Source: an uncultured delta proteobacterium (GTDB taxonomy: Bacteria; Desulfobacterota; Binatia; UBA9968). From it: a stretch of DNA of 64,000 nucleotides. The number at the start of each line of letters is the position of its first letter. Position 1 is the stretch's first letter. The notes beneath the pieces are model-generated. The model worked only from the letters and a program-made list of their open reading frames with translations, was not told the origin of the DNA and did no database searches. Shown piece after piece: positions 38,791-48,874 of the stretch. The position numbers were made by a program, and so were the translations under genes. Location of the stretch: the NCBI GenBank assembly GCA_963737905.1, contig CAVTUQ010000009.1, positions 96,001 to 160,000 on the forward strand, written 5' to 3'.

Positions 38791-39519
38791 GTGTTTTTCC
38801 GGAAAAAAAGTTGGTTGAGGACGAGTTGTTTGGCTGCCCTGCTATCCCTCGCCGGGACTGCCGCTCTAGCGCAAACAGGCGGGAAAATTCCCCGCGAAGT
38901 GATCGACCACGCGGCCGCCCATGGAACAGTCTTGGTGCTCGTGGGATTGAAGGTGCCGTGGCAAATGGAATCACGTCTAAGTGAAAACGACACACATGCC
39001 CAGCGCGAGGCCATCGCTTCGGTTCAGAAGGATCTGTTGAGCGAGCTGGAGGGAAGAAACTATAAGGTTATTCGCCGCTACGATCGGATCCCGGGTATCG
39101 CCTTAGAGGTCGGCGCGGATGTCCTAGCGGAGTTGGCGCGCTCGGCGAACGTAACGAACGTGTTGCTCGACCGTCCGGCGGTGGATTCGGAGGCCGCGTC
39201 GTCCGAGAAGGTGCCGCCGCAACTGTTCAAGCTGGCGGCTAGTGATGGCACTGTACTCGTGTTGGCGGGACTGCGGACACCATGGCGACGCGAAGATCAA
39301 CTGAGCGAGGACCTAAAGGCGCTGCAGAGAAAAGCGATATTGAGCGCCCAGAGCTATGTCTTGGCGGAGCTGGGCGGCACCCAGTTCAAGGTCATGCGGC
39401 TCTATCGTAGCATACCTGGCATCGCACTGCGCGTCGGATTGGATGCGCTGCAGGTACTGGAAAAATCCCCAGCCGTGACGAACGTGGTGCCGGACCGACC
39501 GGCAAGCGCGTCGCGCTAG
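38791..39519 (+). CDS. Secreted protein with two tandem subtilisin-propeptide (inhibitor I9)-like domains
   Basis: Signal peptide (ALA-Q); two ~100-aa repeats G.VLVL.GL..PW...Q...L.EL.G..KV.R.Y..IPGIAL.VG.D.L..L..S..VTNV..DRPA. Confidence 0.7.
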   Translation: MFFRKKSWLRTSCLAALLSLAGTAALAQTGGKIPREVIDHAAAHGTVLVLVGLKVPWQMESRLSENDTHAQREAIASVQKDLLSELEGRNYKVIRRYDRIPGIALEVGADVLAELARSANVTNVLLDRPAVDSEAASSEKVPPQLFKLAASDGTVLVLAGLRTPWRREDQLSEDLKALQRKAILSAQSYVLAELGGTQFKVMRLYRSIPGIALRVGLDALQVLEKSPAVTNVVPDRPASASR

Positions 39520-39585
39520 AGGTAGACTGCGCGTGCTACTGGTGCTGGTGAGAACGCCCTGACACCCATTCTTTTTCATGAATTT

Positions 39586-40386
39586 CTAGTAGTGCATGTC
39601 TGCGTTGCCGCCGCCAGAAACGGAGATCGCCTCACCGGTGATGCTGACGGCCAGCGGCGAGCAGAGAAAAGCGACCACATGGGCAACGTCCTCCGCGGTG
39701 ACTAGATAGCGGATAAGACTGCGCTCCCGCAGCTCCTTTAGATACTTATCAAGCATCTTGCCCTGGCGCTCCGCCTGCTTGCGGTGACGTTCCAACACCG
39801 CTTCGGTAATGGTCGTACCGGGGTAGATGGCGTTCACGTTGATACCGAAGGGCCCGAGCGCGTTCGCGAGGGACTTCGTCAGGGCGACGCAGGAGATATT
39901 GCGGGCCGGTGTGCTGATCGCGGTGCCTGGCGTGCGTCCGGCGCCGCCACTCAAGTTGACGATCCGACCCCAACCAGCTTGCTTCATGTACGGTGCAGTC
40001 TCACGCGCACAGCGGTAGTAGCCAAGGAATTTCTCTTCGAAGTCCTTGACGATCTGCTCGTCGCTGATCGCATCCATATTGTCCGGGATAGTGCCGCCGA
40101 CGCGAGCGGCGCAGTTGGCCAGGATGTGGACTGTGTCGAGCGCATTGGCCGCTTCCTGGACGAATTCCTTGATCGATTCCGCGCTAAGTGTGTCCACAAC
40201 CAGTGGAACGATCTTGCGTCCTGTCTCCCGAGCGATCTCCGTGGCTGCCCTGCGCAGCGGCTCCTCTGTCCTGGCGCCGATCGCAACGTCGCAGCCCTCT
40301 CGGGCCAACTGGCGTGCGATCGCCTTGCCCATGCCGCGGCTGCCACCCGTGACGATTGCCTTTTTGCCCTGAAGCTGAAGATCCAT
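39586..40386 (-). CDS. SDR family oxidoreductase
   Basis: TGGSRGMGKA, GWGRIVN, GINVNAIYPG, ITGEAISVSGG (YxxxK degenerate). Confidence 0.9.
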   Translation of the reverse strand: MDLQLQGKKAIVTGGSRGMGKAIARQLAREGCDVAIGARTEEPLRRAATEIARETGRKIVPLVVDTLSAESIKEFVQEAANALDTVHILANCAARVGGTIPDNMDAISDEQIVKDFEEKFLGYYRCARETAPYMKQAGWGRIVNLSGGAGRTPGTAISTPARNISCVALTKSLANALGPFGINVNAIYPGTTITEAVLERHRKQAERQGKMLDKYLKELRERSLIRYLVTAEDVAHVVAFLCSPLAVSITGEAISVSGGGNADMHY

Positions 40387-40688
40387 ATGGCCCCTCCCAC
40401 AACCGGCAGTGCGGCGAGCACGTCGGTTCTGTCAATTATGATATGAGTCCAAGCTCCGCCTCCCTTAGAATCAACACTTCATTGGCTCAGGAAAACGACT
40501 GGTAGCGCATGAATGTCGAAGCTAAGAGTCCGATTTCACCTGTGCGGTAAAATCGTTAGGTTGTCATGATTTGCTGGCGGTGTTATATCAGAATCGTCTC
40601 TAAAAGTATGCGAATATTCCGCTTGAACACGTAAGTCACGACCATCCAATTTAACTCTGAACTAAGCGATGTCGAAAGGAGAATATAA

Positions 40689-41819
40689 GTGACATACACG
40701 ATGATTTCAGCCGATGATCACATTGACTTGGGGTATTTGCCCAAGGACTTGTGGATCGAACGCTTGCCCAAGTCTTTGCAGGAGCGCGCGCCACACGTCG
40801 AAGACAGGGGAGAGAAGGGTGAATTCTGGGTGTGCGATGGCGAGACCTGGGCAGACTATCGCGGCGAGCGCTGGTTCGCCAGGCCCAAGCGAAACCCGCT
40901 GGCTCTGGACAGGGGCGGAGTCGGCGAACCCGGCCGGCCAACCACGCCGGAAAAACGCCTCACCGATATGGATCGCGACGGCGTCGAGGCGTCACTCATG
41001 TTTCCGCCGATTATCGCCATGCAGGTGGGCGAACCCGAACTTAGAAATGCTTGTGTTCAAGCCTACAACAACTGGGCGCTAGAATTCGGCAATACCGCGC
41101 CGAAGCGCTTCTTCCCCGTTGCCATGCTCTCTTCCGTCGACCCGGAAGCTGCCAGAGATGAAATTGTCCGGGTGGCGAAGTTGGGTTTCCGCGAAGCGAA
41201 CTTTCTAGTCAACGATGTCACCCTCCAAATGAACCTGAAGCCCTGGGACATCTTTTGGGACGCGGCTGAGGACGCCGGCATCGTCGTATCGTATCACGTC
41301 GGCGGCAGCACACAGTCGGGAACAGTGAGGGCTACGATAGACGCTATAAAACCCAGTGAGCGGCAAGGCGTATTCGATATGGGACTCAGCAACGGCGCAA
41401 CGTCTTTTTTCAATCCGTTCGTGAATATGTTCAACTTCGGGACCTTGGAACGCCATCCCAAGTTGAAGTTTTGTCTCGCTGAATCCGCGATCGGCTGGAT
41501 CCCGTTCGTGGTACAGGAAATGGATTACCGCTACCGTAGACAATTCGAGCGCAAAAAGGCCACAGAGATTCCATTGAAAGCGATGCCGAGCGAGATCTTC
41601 AAGCGCCAAGTTTGGGCGACCTATCAAACGGATTTGGTGGGGCTCCACCTGATCCAGTTCTTCGGCGATGGTCACATCATGTGGGGCTCGGATTACCCGC
41701 ATCCCGACAGCACCTGGCCATTCTCCAAAGGGATTATCGATAAAGATTCGGCCCATCTATCCCCGGAGATGAAGAAAAAGGTCATTCACGACAACGCCAA
41801 GGCACTCTACGGACTTTAG
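40689..41819 (+). CDS. Amidohydrolase_2 family protein
   Basis: ISADDHID, RLTDMDRDGV, ERHPKLK, WGSDYPHPDSTWP; SD AAGGAG before GTG. Confidence 0.9.
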   Translation: MTYTMISADDHIDLGYLPKDLWIERLPKSLQERAPHVEDRGEKGEFWVCDGETWADYRGERWFARPKRNPLALDRGGVGEPGRPTTPEKRLTDMDRDGVEASLMFPPIIAMQVGEPELRNACVQAYNNWALEFGNTAPKRFFPVAMLSSVDPEAARDEIVRVAKLGFREANFLVNDVTLQMNLKPWDIFWDAAEDAGIVVSYHVGGSTQSGTVRATIDAIKPSERQGVFDMGLSNGATSFFNPFVNMFNFGTLERHPKLKFCLAESAIGWIPFVVQEMDYRYRRQFERKKATEIPLKAMPSEIFKRQVWATYQTDLVGLHLIQFFGDGHIMWGSDYPHPDSTWPFSKGIIDKDSAHLSPEMKKKVIHDNAKALYGL

Positions 41820-41860
41820 CTCGAACGGGTGAATCCGAGAAAAGGCTGCGGCCTGATAGT

Positions 41861-42096
41861 GTTGAATGATTCTAATCGCTTGAGTCGCTTGAAACGTTTT
41901 TGAACGAGTTGAACAGGCTGTTCGCAAGCCCAACGGATTGAACTATTGAAACCTCGAACGTTGAACGCCACGATTGTCGTGGATCGCTTGACACGGATTC
42001 CGGAGTTTGGTACCCGTCGCGACGAAGGTTTCGAGCCGGTGCCGTTACCTGGCTGGACGATTTGAACGACTGGAACGTTTGGAACGAATTGAACGG
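41861..42096. repeat. TTGAACG-type 9-mer/7-mer tandem repeat clusters
   Basis: TTTGAACGA CTGGAACGT TTGGAACGA ATTGAACGG etc.; reverse complement of the clusters at 47550, 48810 and 53010. Confidence 0.7.
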
Positions 42097-42106
42097 AGGC
42101 TTGATC

Positions 42107-43141
42107 ATGGCAGACGTTGAACCTCGCGGAGCAGTGCATTGGATCGATCATTACGTGGTCGGAACGAACGATTTATCCAGCTGGGCTGAATGGGCCAATA
42201 AAGCTACCGGCCTTCCTCCAAGGCCTATTAACGGACTCACGACTAATATGAGAAAGAAGAACGTTCCGATATTTTGCTTTATGTGGTGGGACGGCGGCTC
42301 ATGCCGCATTGGTGCGTTCCTTCAGCCCGAGAACTATCCACCAGCCAAAGAGCTGGGCAAAGATATGCCCCGCTGCGGATTCTACATCCGGTCCGAGGAC
42401 ATCGATATGCATCTGCGCCGGCTCGACCAGCATAAGATCCCGCACAGCGACCCGATTCGGACAGCCGCCGAAGGCGACGAAGGCACAGTCATCCATTTGG
42501 CGGATCCGGATGGCAATCAATATGAGTTCTGGGCGCCGGTGAAAATGCCGGAAGGCGCCATGGAGATCGAGACTTCGGAGAAAGTCGGCCGAATCAGTCA
42601 CGTCGTGTACGGCTCCCGCGACCTGGCAAGATCCGCGGGCTTTTTTGAAAAATACTGCGGCATAGGAGTGGAGCATAACTCGAAGACCACCGAGGGGACG
42701 CTCATCTTACGGTTAAGAGCGGGCGGCCGCTTGATCTACAAGCTGGTTGATCAGGTCGATGAGCGCGTCGCTGGACACAGCCCTTGGTGGGACATGCACA
42801 CAGCGTTGTTGGTTCGTGAGGAAGAGTTCCTTCCCAACTACCGCCGTATGTGGGAAGGACTGCCCGAAGAAGCAGGTCCGAAGGAGACTCTCAATGATTC
42901 CCGTGAGAAAGAAGACGCGTTTCCAGCGCGCACAGGGTTGCACCGAAGCCCGGTCGGCTACAAATGGAAAGAGATCTATCAGCGCGGTGATGAGTTCTAT
43001 GACTGGGACGGCCATGCCTTCCACTTTTTCGGCGGCATACCGCTGAAAAACGACGGCTCGCTTGCGTTATACGAAGGCAAGGAACAGGAAGAGTACCTGC
43101 GCGAGCTCGCTGAGTCTCTGAAAAAAGGAGTCCAGCCGTAA
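42107..43141 (+). CDS. Two-module VOC-superfamily protein
   Basis: WIDHYVVGTND...DPDGNQYEFW; GRISHVV.GSRDL.RS..FF...DWDGHAFHF. Confidence 0.7.
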   Translation: MADVEPRGAVHWIDHYVVGTNDLSSWAEWANKATGLPPRPINGLTTNMRKKNVPIFCFMWWDGGSCRIGAFLQPENYPPAKELGKDMPRCGFYIRSEDIDMHLRRLDQHKIPHSDPIRTAAEGDEGTVIHLADPDGNQYEFWAPVKMPEGAMEIETSEKVGRISHVVYGSRDLARSAGFFEKYCGIGVEHNSKTTEGTLILRLRAGGRLIYKLVDQVDERVAGHSPWWDMHTALLVREEEFLPNYRRMWEGLPEEAGPKETLNDSREKEDAFPARTGLHRSPVGYKWKEIYQRGDEFYDWDGHAFHFFGGIPLKNDGSLALYEGKEQEEYLRELAESLKKGVQP

Positions 43142-43273
43142 TCAAAGGGTTAACCTGTCTGCAAAAATTGGTTCTGGTTCTTCGGCTAGCAGCCGGCGTA
43201 AGTTGCTTGAGATCTTCTTACCGGCATTCCCGCTAAGATCGGTTCGTGTTGCGGTTGTATTGTTCTTGACCAT
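43142..43273 (-). pseudogene. Possible truncated Dps N-terminal fragment (43 aa)
   Basis: SD GGGAG; TRTDLSGNAGKKISSNLRRLLA resembles Dps N-terminal helix entry; no ferroxidase motifs follow. Confidence 0.4.
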
Positions 43274-43398
43274 TGTTCTGTTCTCCCTTCAGGTTAAGGG
43301 TTAGTTTGGTGAAGCGTCATTTGTCCGCGCAGAACTTCGACGAGGTCATCCAGACGGTCATGCGAGCCTGGCCGCATTGAGGTGAAACTTGCTGAATT

Positions 43399-44808
43399 TC
43401 AGACGTGTGAATCCGTCTTCGCATCGGTTTTCCCGGAGAGAGGTTGGAGCTCGCCGAGCATGGTCGGGATAAGTTCCGAGACCGTGGGATGAATGTGCAT
43501 CGCCCGTTGAATGACTGTGTAGGGCGCTTTGGTGTACATCACGTCTAAGATCGAGTGAATGACTTCGTCACCGCCCGTGCCTAGTATGGCGGCGCCCAAG
43601 ATCTCGCGCGTTTGCGCATCCACAACGATCTTCATGAAGCCCTGGGTTTCGCCCTTTTCGACGGCCCGTCCGACTTTGGTCATGGGACGCTTTCCGACGA
43701 GCCCGCTCCGGCCAGTCTTGCGGACTTCCGCTTCCGTCAAGCCTGCCCGTCCGAGCGGCGGATCGATATACAGCGCATACGTGGAGATGCGATCACTCAC
43801 CCGGCGCAGGTCGTTATCGAGAAGGTTCGCGGCGACAATTTCGGCATCGTTGAACGAGGTGTGTGTGAACGCGCCCTTGCCGTTGCAATCGCCCAGGGCC
43901 CAGATACCCGGCGCGCTGGTGCGCAATTGATCATCGACAACGACGTATCCGCGTTTATCTATTGAGACGCCAGCCTTTTCAAGGTCGAGGTCGTCGGTAT
44001 TAGGGCGCCGTCCCACCGCAAGCAGGACATGAGTTCCGTTGACTTCAGGGGCGCCGGTGGTGCAGTCCACGTGTGTAACAATATCCTCGCCGCGTTTAGA
44101 AAAGCCGATGCACTTCGCGTTCAATCTGACGTGGATCTTTTCGCGCTCGAGAATCTCCTTGATGGCCAAGGATACGTCTTCGTCCTCACGCTGAATCAGG
44201 CGTCCGGCCATCTCGATGATCGTGACTTCACTGCCAAAACGGCGGAACATTTGCCCGAATTCCAGACCGATGTAGCTGCCTCCCACAATAATGAGGTGCT
44301 TGGGAAGAAAGTCGATGTTCATCATGGAACTGTTGGTCAGGTATTCGACCTGTTCGAGCCCCGGCATCTGAGGCGCGATTGCGCGGCCACCCACGTTGAT
44401 AAAGATGCGCTCAGCCGTGAGTCTCTCCGAGCCGACCCTCACTTCTCGAGGTGACTCGAAGCGGGCGTGGCCCTCGTAGACGGTGCAGTGTTCCATCTTC
44501 TTCAGCCAAGCCTCGAGCCCAGTCCTCGATTGTCCCGAAATTTCGTCCTTCCGAGTCTTTACCCGCTTCATGTCCACGCTTACATTGCCAGCATCGACCC
44601 CGAAATCGGCGGCACGCCGGGCCACGTGGGCGGCGTAGGCGCTGGCGACCATGGTCTTAGTAGGAATACAACCTGTGTTAACGCAGGTACCACCGAACAA
44701 CTTGCGCTCGATGATCGCAACTTTCATCCCCGCAGTTGTCAGGCGCCGCGCTAAAAAAGGCCCAGCCTGACCCGTTCCAATAATGATCGCATCATAGGTA
44801 GTGGTCAT
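43399..44808 (-). CDS. Pyridine nucleotide-disulfide oxidoreductase (LpdA/MerA/RclA-like)
   Basis: GTGQAG, GGTCVNTGCIP, GGSYIGLE, ALGDCNG, HPTVSE. Confidence 0.9.
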   Translation of the reverse strand: MTTTYDAIIIGTGQAGPFLARRLTTAGMKVAIIERKLFGGTCVNTGCIPTKTMVASAYAAHVARRAADFGVDAGNVSVDMKRVKTRKDEISGQSRTGLEAWLKKMEHCTVYEGHARFESPREVRVGSERLTAERIFINVGGRAIAPQMPGLEQVEYLTNSSMMNIDFLPKHLIIVGGSYIGLEFGQMFRRFGSEVTIIEMAGRLIQREDEDVSLAIKEILEREKIHVRLNAKCIGFSKRGEDIVTHVDCTTGAPEVNGTHVLLAVGRRPNTDDLDLEKAGVSIDKRGYVVVDDQLRTSAPGIWALGDCNGKGAFTHTSFNDAEIVAANLLDNDLRRVSDRISTYALYIDPPLGRAGLTEAEVRKTGRSGLVGKRPMTKVGRAVEKGETQGFMKIVVDAQTREILGAAILGTGGDEVIHSILDVMYTKAPYTVIQRAMHIHPTVSELIPTMLGELQPLSGKTDAKTDSHV

Positions 44809-44894
44809 TAAAATCCTCTCACTCATGCGGTGGCCTTCGGCTGCCACAATGCCTTTGCCCAGAACGGAGCAATGGCGTCCTGTAGCGCCGTCAG

Positions 44895-46184
44895 CTAGAT
44901 GACTGTCCCGTCGGGAATGGTTGCGTTCTTTATGATGACGACGATCCCGTTTTGAATGACGAAGCCCAGATCCTCCCGGCTCGCCTCAACCACGCGGTCT
45001 TTATTCACGATCCGTACATTGCGCCCGATGCGTGCATTCTTGTCGACAATGGCTCGTTGGATCGTTGTGTTTGCACCAATGCCCAAGGGCACTTTCCCAA
45101 TCTCTAGGTTTTTGGCACGTTCTAGAGGGGATTCGTAGTAATCTGATCCCATCAACAACGCATTATCGATAACACAACCGGTTTCGATGCGAGATCGAAT
45201 TCCTATGACCGACCGCTTGATCGTGCACTCCTTAAGGATACATCCCTCGCCGACCATCGATTCGATTACCTTGCTGTCGAGCAACTTCGTGGGCGGCAGG
45301 TAGCGCGACCGCGTGTAGATCGGAGCCTTTTCATCGTAGAAACTAAAAGGCGGATCCGGCTGATAGGTGAGTGCCAGATTTGCGTTGTAGAACGCTTCGA
45401 TGGTCCCAATATCTTCCCAGTAATCTTTGAACAAATAGGCTTGCACATTGTAATCTCGCGCCGATGCCGGAAGGATTTCCTTACCAAAATCTGTTCGGTC
45501 AGGAGCTGCGTTTAATAGATCGTGTAGAACTTGCTTTTCAAACACATAGATCCCCATGGAACCGATATAAGGTAACTCCTTTGCCTTCTTCACGGGCAGG
45601 CCTAGAATCGTTGTGTCTACCCGCATCGCCTTGAGAGCATCACCTTTAGGCTTTTCGCTGAAAGACATCACGCGCCCGGTTTTGTCAATCTTCATCAAAC
45701 CCAGGTCGGACGCCCGGCGTTCATCGACCGGCACTACCGAAAGTGTGATGTCCGCTTTGGTCTCCCGATGGCGCTGAATGAAATCCGCGTAATTCATCCG
45801 GTACAAGTGATCCCCGGATAGAATGAGGTACTGATCGACATCCCACTCCGCGAATAGCCAAAGATATTTGCGCACGGCGTCAGCCGTTCCTTCAAACCAG
45901 CTCGGGCTTTCCGGCGTTTGCTGGGCCGCCAGCACTTCAACAAATCCCTGGGAGAAGCCTGCCATGCCGTAAGTGCGTCCAATGTGCCGGTTGAGAGAGG
46001 CCGAATTGAACTGCGTCAAAACGTAAATCCGTTGGATCTCAGAGTTGATGCAATTACTGATGGGAATATCGATCAAGCGATACTTGGCAGCTAGCGGAAC
46101 GGCCGGCTTCGCTCGAAGTTTGGTCAAAGGATACAGACGGGTTCCGGCACCCCCGCCCAAAATAATGGCCAGTACTCGTTTCAC
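44895..46184 (-). CDS. glgC: Glucose-1-phosphate adenylyltransferase (cyanobacterial/plant type)
   Basis: [53 protein letters not shown]; GTG start 46184. Confidence 0.95.
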   Translation of the reverse strand: MKRVLAIILGGGAGTRLYPLTKLRAKPAVPLAAKYRLIDIPISNCINSEIQRIYVLTQFNSASLNRHIGRTYGMAGFSQGFVEVLAAQQTPESPSWFEGTADAVRKYLWLFAEWDVDQYLILSGDHLYRMNYADFIQRHRETKADITLSVVPVDERRASDLGLMKIDKTGRVMSFSEKPKGDALKAMRVDTTILGLPVKKAKELPYIGSMGIYVFEKQVLHDLLNAAPDRTDFGKEILPASARDYNVQAYLFKDYWEDIGTIEAFYNANLALTYQPDPPFSFYDEKAPIYTRSRYLPPTKLLDSKVIESMVGEGCILKECTIKRSVIGIRSRIETGCVIDNALLMGSDYYESPLERAKNLEIGKVPLGIGANTTIQRAIVDKNARIGRNVRIVNKDRVVEASREDLGFVIQNGIVVIIKNATIPDGTVI

Positions 46185-46483
46185 AACGCGTCCGTCAGTG
46201 TTCCAGTCTATCGACCGCGGCCCAGGTTTGCTAGCGATCCGTCGTTTTGTGCAAAGAGTAGTCAACCAACCGTGGCTATGTCAACCCAGTTGCTTCACAA
46301 ATCGGGCCGTTTCGGATACGGTTATTTCGTCAAATAGTCGAGGGAGCGACGTCATGTCAAAGGTTAAAGGTTAAAGGCTTGCCCCGCAGTAAAATCAAGG
46401 TCTGGATACTTTTTTTCTCTGGAGGAGCTCGAAGCGTGCCTGGCGTGGCTTGGTCTGCCCGCTATCGCAGGCTGGAGCAAAAC

Positions 46484-47476
46484 CTATAATCGATCGATGA
46501 AACCGCTCTTGTCGAGCTCCCGGACCAACCTTGCGTCGATGAAATCTTCCGGATTCGCCGTTCGGGCTTTGGGTTGCGCTTTTTCTAAGGTCTTGAGCAG
46601 CACGGACACTCCCTCCAGGGTGGGATATGGCGGGATCTCCAAGTAGTGGATGACGCGCTCGTAGGCGTCGTCGAGGATCTCGCGGTCGTTGGTGCCGAGA
46701 TATTTGGCCATCACGCGGGTGGCGAACGCTTTGTCTTTCTTGGCGAGGACCGCGCCCTCGATGTAGGCTCTGAGAAATCGGCGCACCGTGTCCTCGTTGG
46801 TTTTGAGATATTTTCGGGTCGTTACCACGCCGTTCTGGTGGATGGTTGCTTCCAATGTGGCCATATCCAAAAGCTCGCGCATATTGGCTTTCCTGGCGCG
46901 CATCGTTGCAGGCACGGAGAGCGCGGCGGCTTGAACTTTTCCGGTGAGGAGCGCGACTACGGTCTCCGGCTGGCCACCGGTCTGCACCATGGTGATGTCC
47001 CGTTCGGGATTGAGGCCATTTTTCTCCAAAGCGAATCGGGAGGCGAAGTCGGAAAGCGTGCCGAAGCGTGTGGCGCCGAAAAGTTTGCCTTTTAGATCGG
47101 CTATCCGGGTGATATCCGGCCGGCTGAAGATAGAGAACAAAAATTTCTTGAGAATCGTCGCGACGATGACGGTATCGGCGCCGGCCAAATTAGCTTGCAT
47201 CGAAGCTGTGCCGCCGAGCTGAATAATCGGCACCTCGCCCGAAAGCATCGCCTGCAAGGCCAAAGAGCTGCCCGGTATATGGATCGCCTCGACCCCGAGT
47301 CCGTGCTTCTCGTAGAGGTTTGCTTCTTTGGCGAACCACATCGTCATCTGCGGCGCGCCGACGGCGCCGCCACCGATGCGAATCTTTTCTAGCTTTTTGT
47401 CTTGGGCGAGCCCCTGAGAGAACCACGATGCCATGCAAATAACGATTAGCGGAACGATGTGAAGGGACCTTTTCAT
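46484..47476 (-). CDS. SsuA/NMT1-type ABC substrate-binding protein
   Basis: Signal peptide, KHGLGVE, DLKGKLFGATRFG, FIDARLVRELDKSG. Confidence 0.85.
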   Translation of the reverse strand: MKRSLHIVPLIVICMASWFSQGLAQDKKLEKIRIGGGAVGAPQMTMWFAKEANLYEKHGLGVEAIHIPGSSLALQAMLSGEVPIIQLGGTASMQANLAGADTVIVATILKKFLFSIFSRPDITRIADLKGKLFGATRFGTLSDFASRFALEKNGLNPERDITMVQTGGQPETVVALLTGKVQAAALSVPATMRARKANMRELLDMATLEATIHQNGVVTTRKYLKTNEDTVRRFLRAYIEGAVLAKKDKAFATRVMAKYLGTNDREILDDAYERVIHYLEIPPYPTLEGVSVLLKTLEKAQPKARTANPEDFIDARLVRELDKSGFIDRL

Positions 47477-47526
47477 ACCGACCTCCTCGAAACCGGGTTC
47501 CAACCGAGTTTCATTAGCAGAACTCT

Positions 47527-47620
47527 AACCGGAGCACAATTCAGTGCTTGGTTCAAAACGTTCAAGCTCGTTCAACCTGTTAAGAAATAGAGGATTGGCC
47601 CTGAATTGTGCTGAACGGTT
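47527..47620. repeat. Inverted repeat enclosing CGTTCAA 9-mer repeats
   Basis: AGCACAATTCAG (47533) / CTGAATTGTGCT (47601) around GGTTCAAAA CGTTCAAGCT CGTTCAACC. Confidence 0.65.
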
Positions 47621-47753
47621 ACAGCGGTACTAAACACGAAGATAGTCTTCCGTGCTATAAGTGTTTGCACGAGTTTCGGTCAGCGACAGTACGCCACCGG
47701 TTGTTGCGATGGCAGACTGCGGCGGCTATTTACAAAAGCAAAAGAGGTTAACC

Positions 47754-48800
47754 ATGAGGATATTAGTCGGCGCAATGCTTGTAGCTTTCTTCGTCACCGC
47801 GCCCGCGTGGGGCCAAACCAGCAATTTATCGTCTCCGGTTGACTTGGCTTCTTATTCCGGTTCGGACTGGGAGCGTTTGCTCGTTGAAGGCGCTAAACGG
47901 GAAGGCAAACTTGTCTGGTACACGACCTTAGCGGCTGATCAGAATAAACAAATCGCCAATTCCTTCGAAACGAAATATCCGGGCGTAAAAGTCGAGACCT
48001 ACCGAACCGGATCGAGCGCCCTGGCGCAGAGAGTTCTCGCTGAGGCCAAGGCGCGGCGCCACTTTGTTGACGCTATCGAAACAACACTCCCTGGGTTACT
48101 GACTTTCCGTGACAACCAGTTATTATTGCCCTACACGTCACCGCACCTTGCGGCGTACCCCGAAGACTCCAAAGAGAAAGGCCCGCAGAGCCTGGTTTAC
48201 TGGACGATTGATCGCGAATCGTTTATCGGTTTCGGTTACAACAGGAATTTACTGGCCGTAGCGGACGTGCCCAAGAATTTCGACGGTCTAACCCGACCGG
48301 CGCTACGGGATAACATGGGATTGTCCGGGGATGACACGGGTGCTCGAATCCTTGGGGCCATGGTGAAGGTCAAAGGCGATGGTTTCGTTAAAAGGTTAAA
48401 GGAACAAAACATCAGGATGCACATGATGGCGGGCAGCGCCTTAACCCAGCTGGTGGCTGCGGGAGAAATATTTGCTTCCCCAAGCCAGTTTTATAGCGCT
48501 ACCAATGTCGCCGCGAAGCGAGGTGCCCCGGTGGCCTGGGTTCCGATGGACCTGGTGGTCACCAATGCGGGAGGGGCGGCCGTGTACGGCAACGCCCAGC
48601 GGCCCTATGCGGCGCTTCTCTTTGTAGATTTTCTCTTGAGCCCGGAGGGGCAAAAATTACTCGAAGACTTATACTTTGGCAGCGCCCAGAAGGATTATGG
48701 GTTCAAGCGCTGGTATCCCGAAAAAGGCGGCACGCTGGCTCAGTACGACGAATCTCTGGAAAGCTGGCACAAGCTGCTCAAGGAAATCACGCGGAAGTGA
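47754..48800 (+). CDS. Extracellular solute-binding protein (AfuA/Fe(III)-type fold)
   Basis: Signal peptide, GAKREGKLVWYT, FETKYPGV, AALLFVDFLLSPEGQ. Confidence 0.85.
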   Translation: MRILVGAMLVAFFVTAPAWGQTSNLSSPVDLASYSGSDWERLLVEGAKREGKLVWYTTLAADQNKQIANSFETKYPGVKVETYRTGSSALAQRVLAEAKARRHFVDAIETTLPGLLTFRDNQLLLPYTSPHLAAYPEDSKEKGPQSLVYWTIDRESFIGFGYNRNLLAVADVPKNFDGLTRPALRDNMGLSGDDTGARILGAMVKVKGDGFVKRLKEQNIRMHMMAGSALTQLVAAGEIFASPSQFYSATNVAAKRGAPVAWVPMDLVVTNAGGAAVYGNAQRPYAALLFVDFLLSPEGQKLLEDLYFGSAQKDYGFKRWYPEKGGTLAQYDESLESWHKLLKEITRK

Positions 48801-48809
48801 ACCGATCAA

Positions 48810-48848
48810 GGTTCAAGTCGTTCCAGCCGTTCAAATCGTTCAAACCGC
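48810..48848. repeat. CGTTCAA 9-mer tandem repeat
   Basis: GGTTCAAGT CGTTCCAGC CGTTCAAAT CGTTCAAAC. Confidence 0.7.
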
Positions 48849-48874
48849 CTGAAACCAACGAAGTATGCATAGAA

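Noticed and set aside
43399-44808. Mercuric reductase (merA) call
   Set aside because: No C-terminal Cys-Cys pair, no NmerA domain and no mer operon
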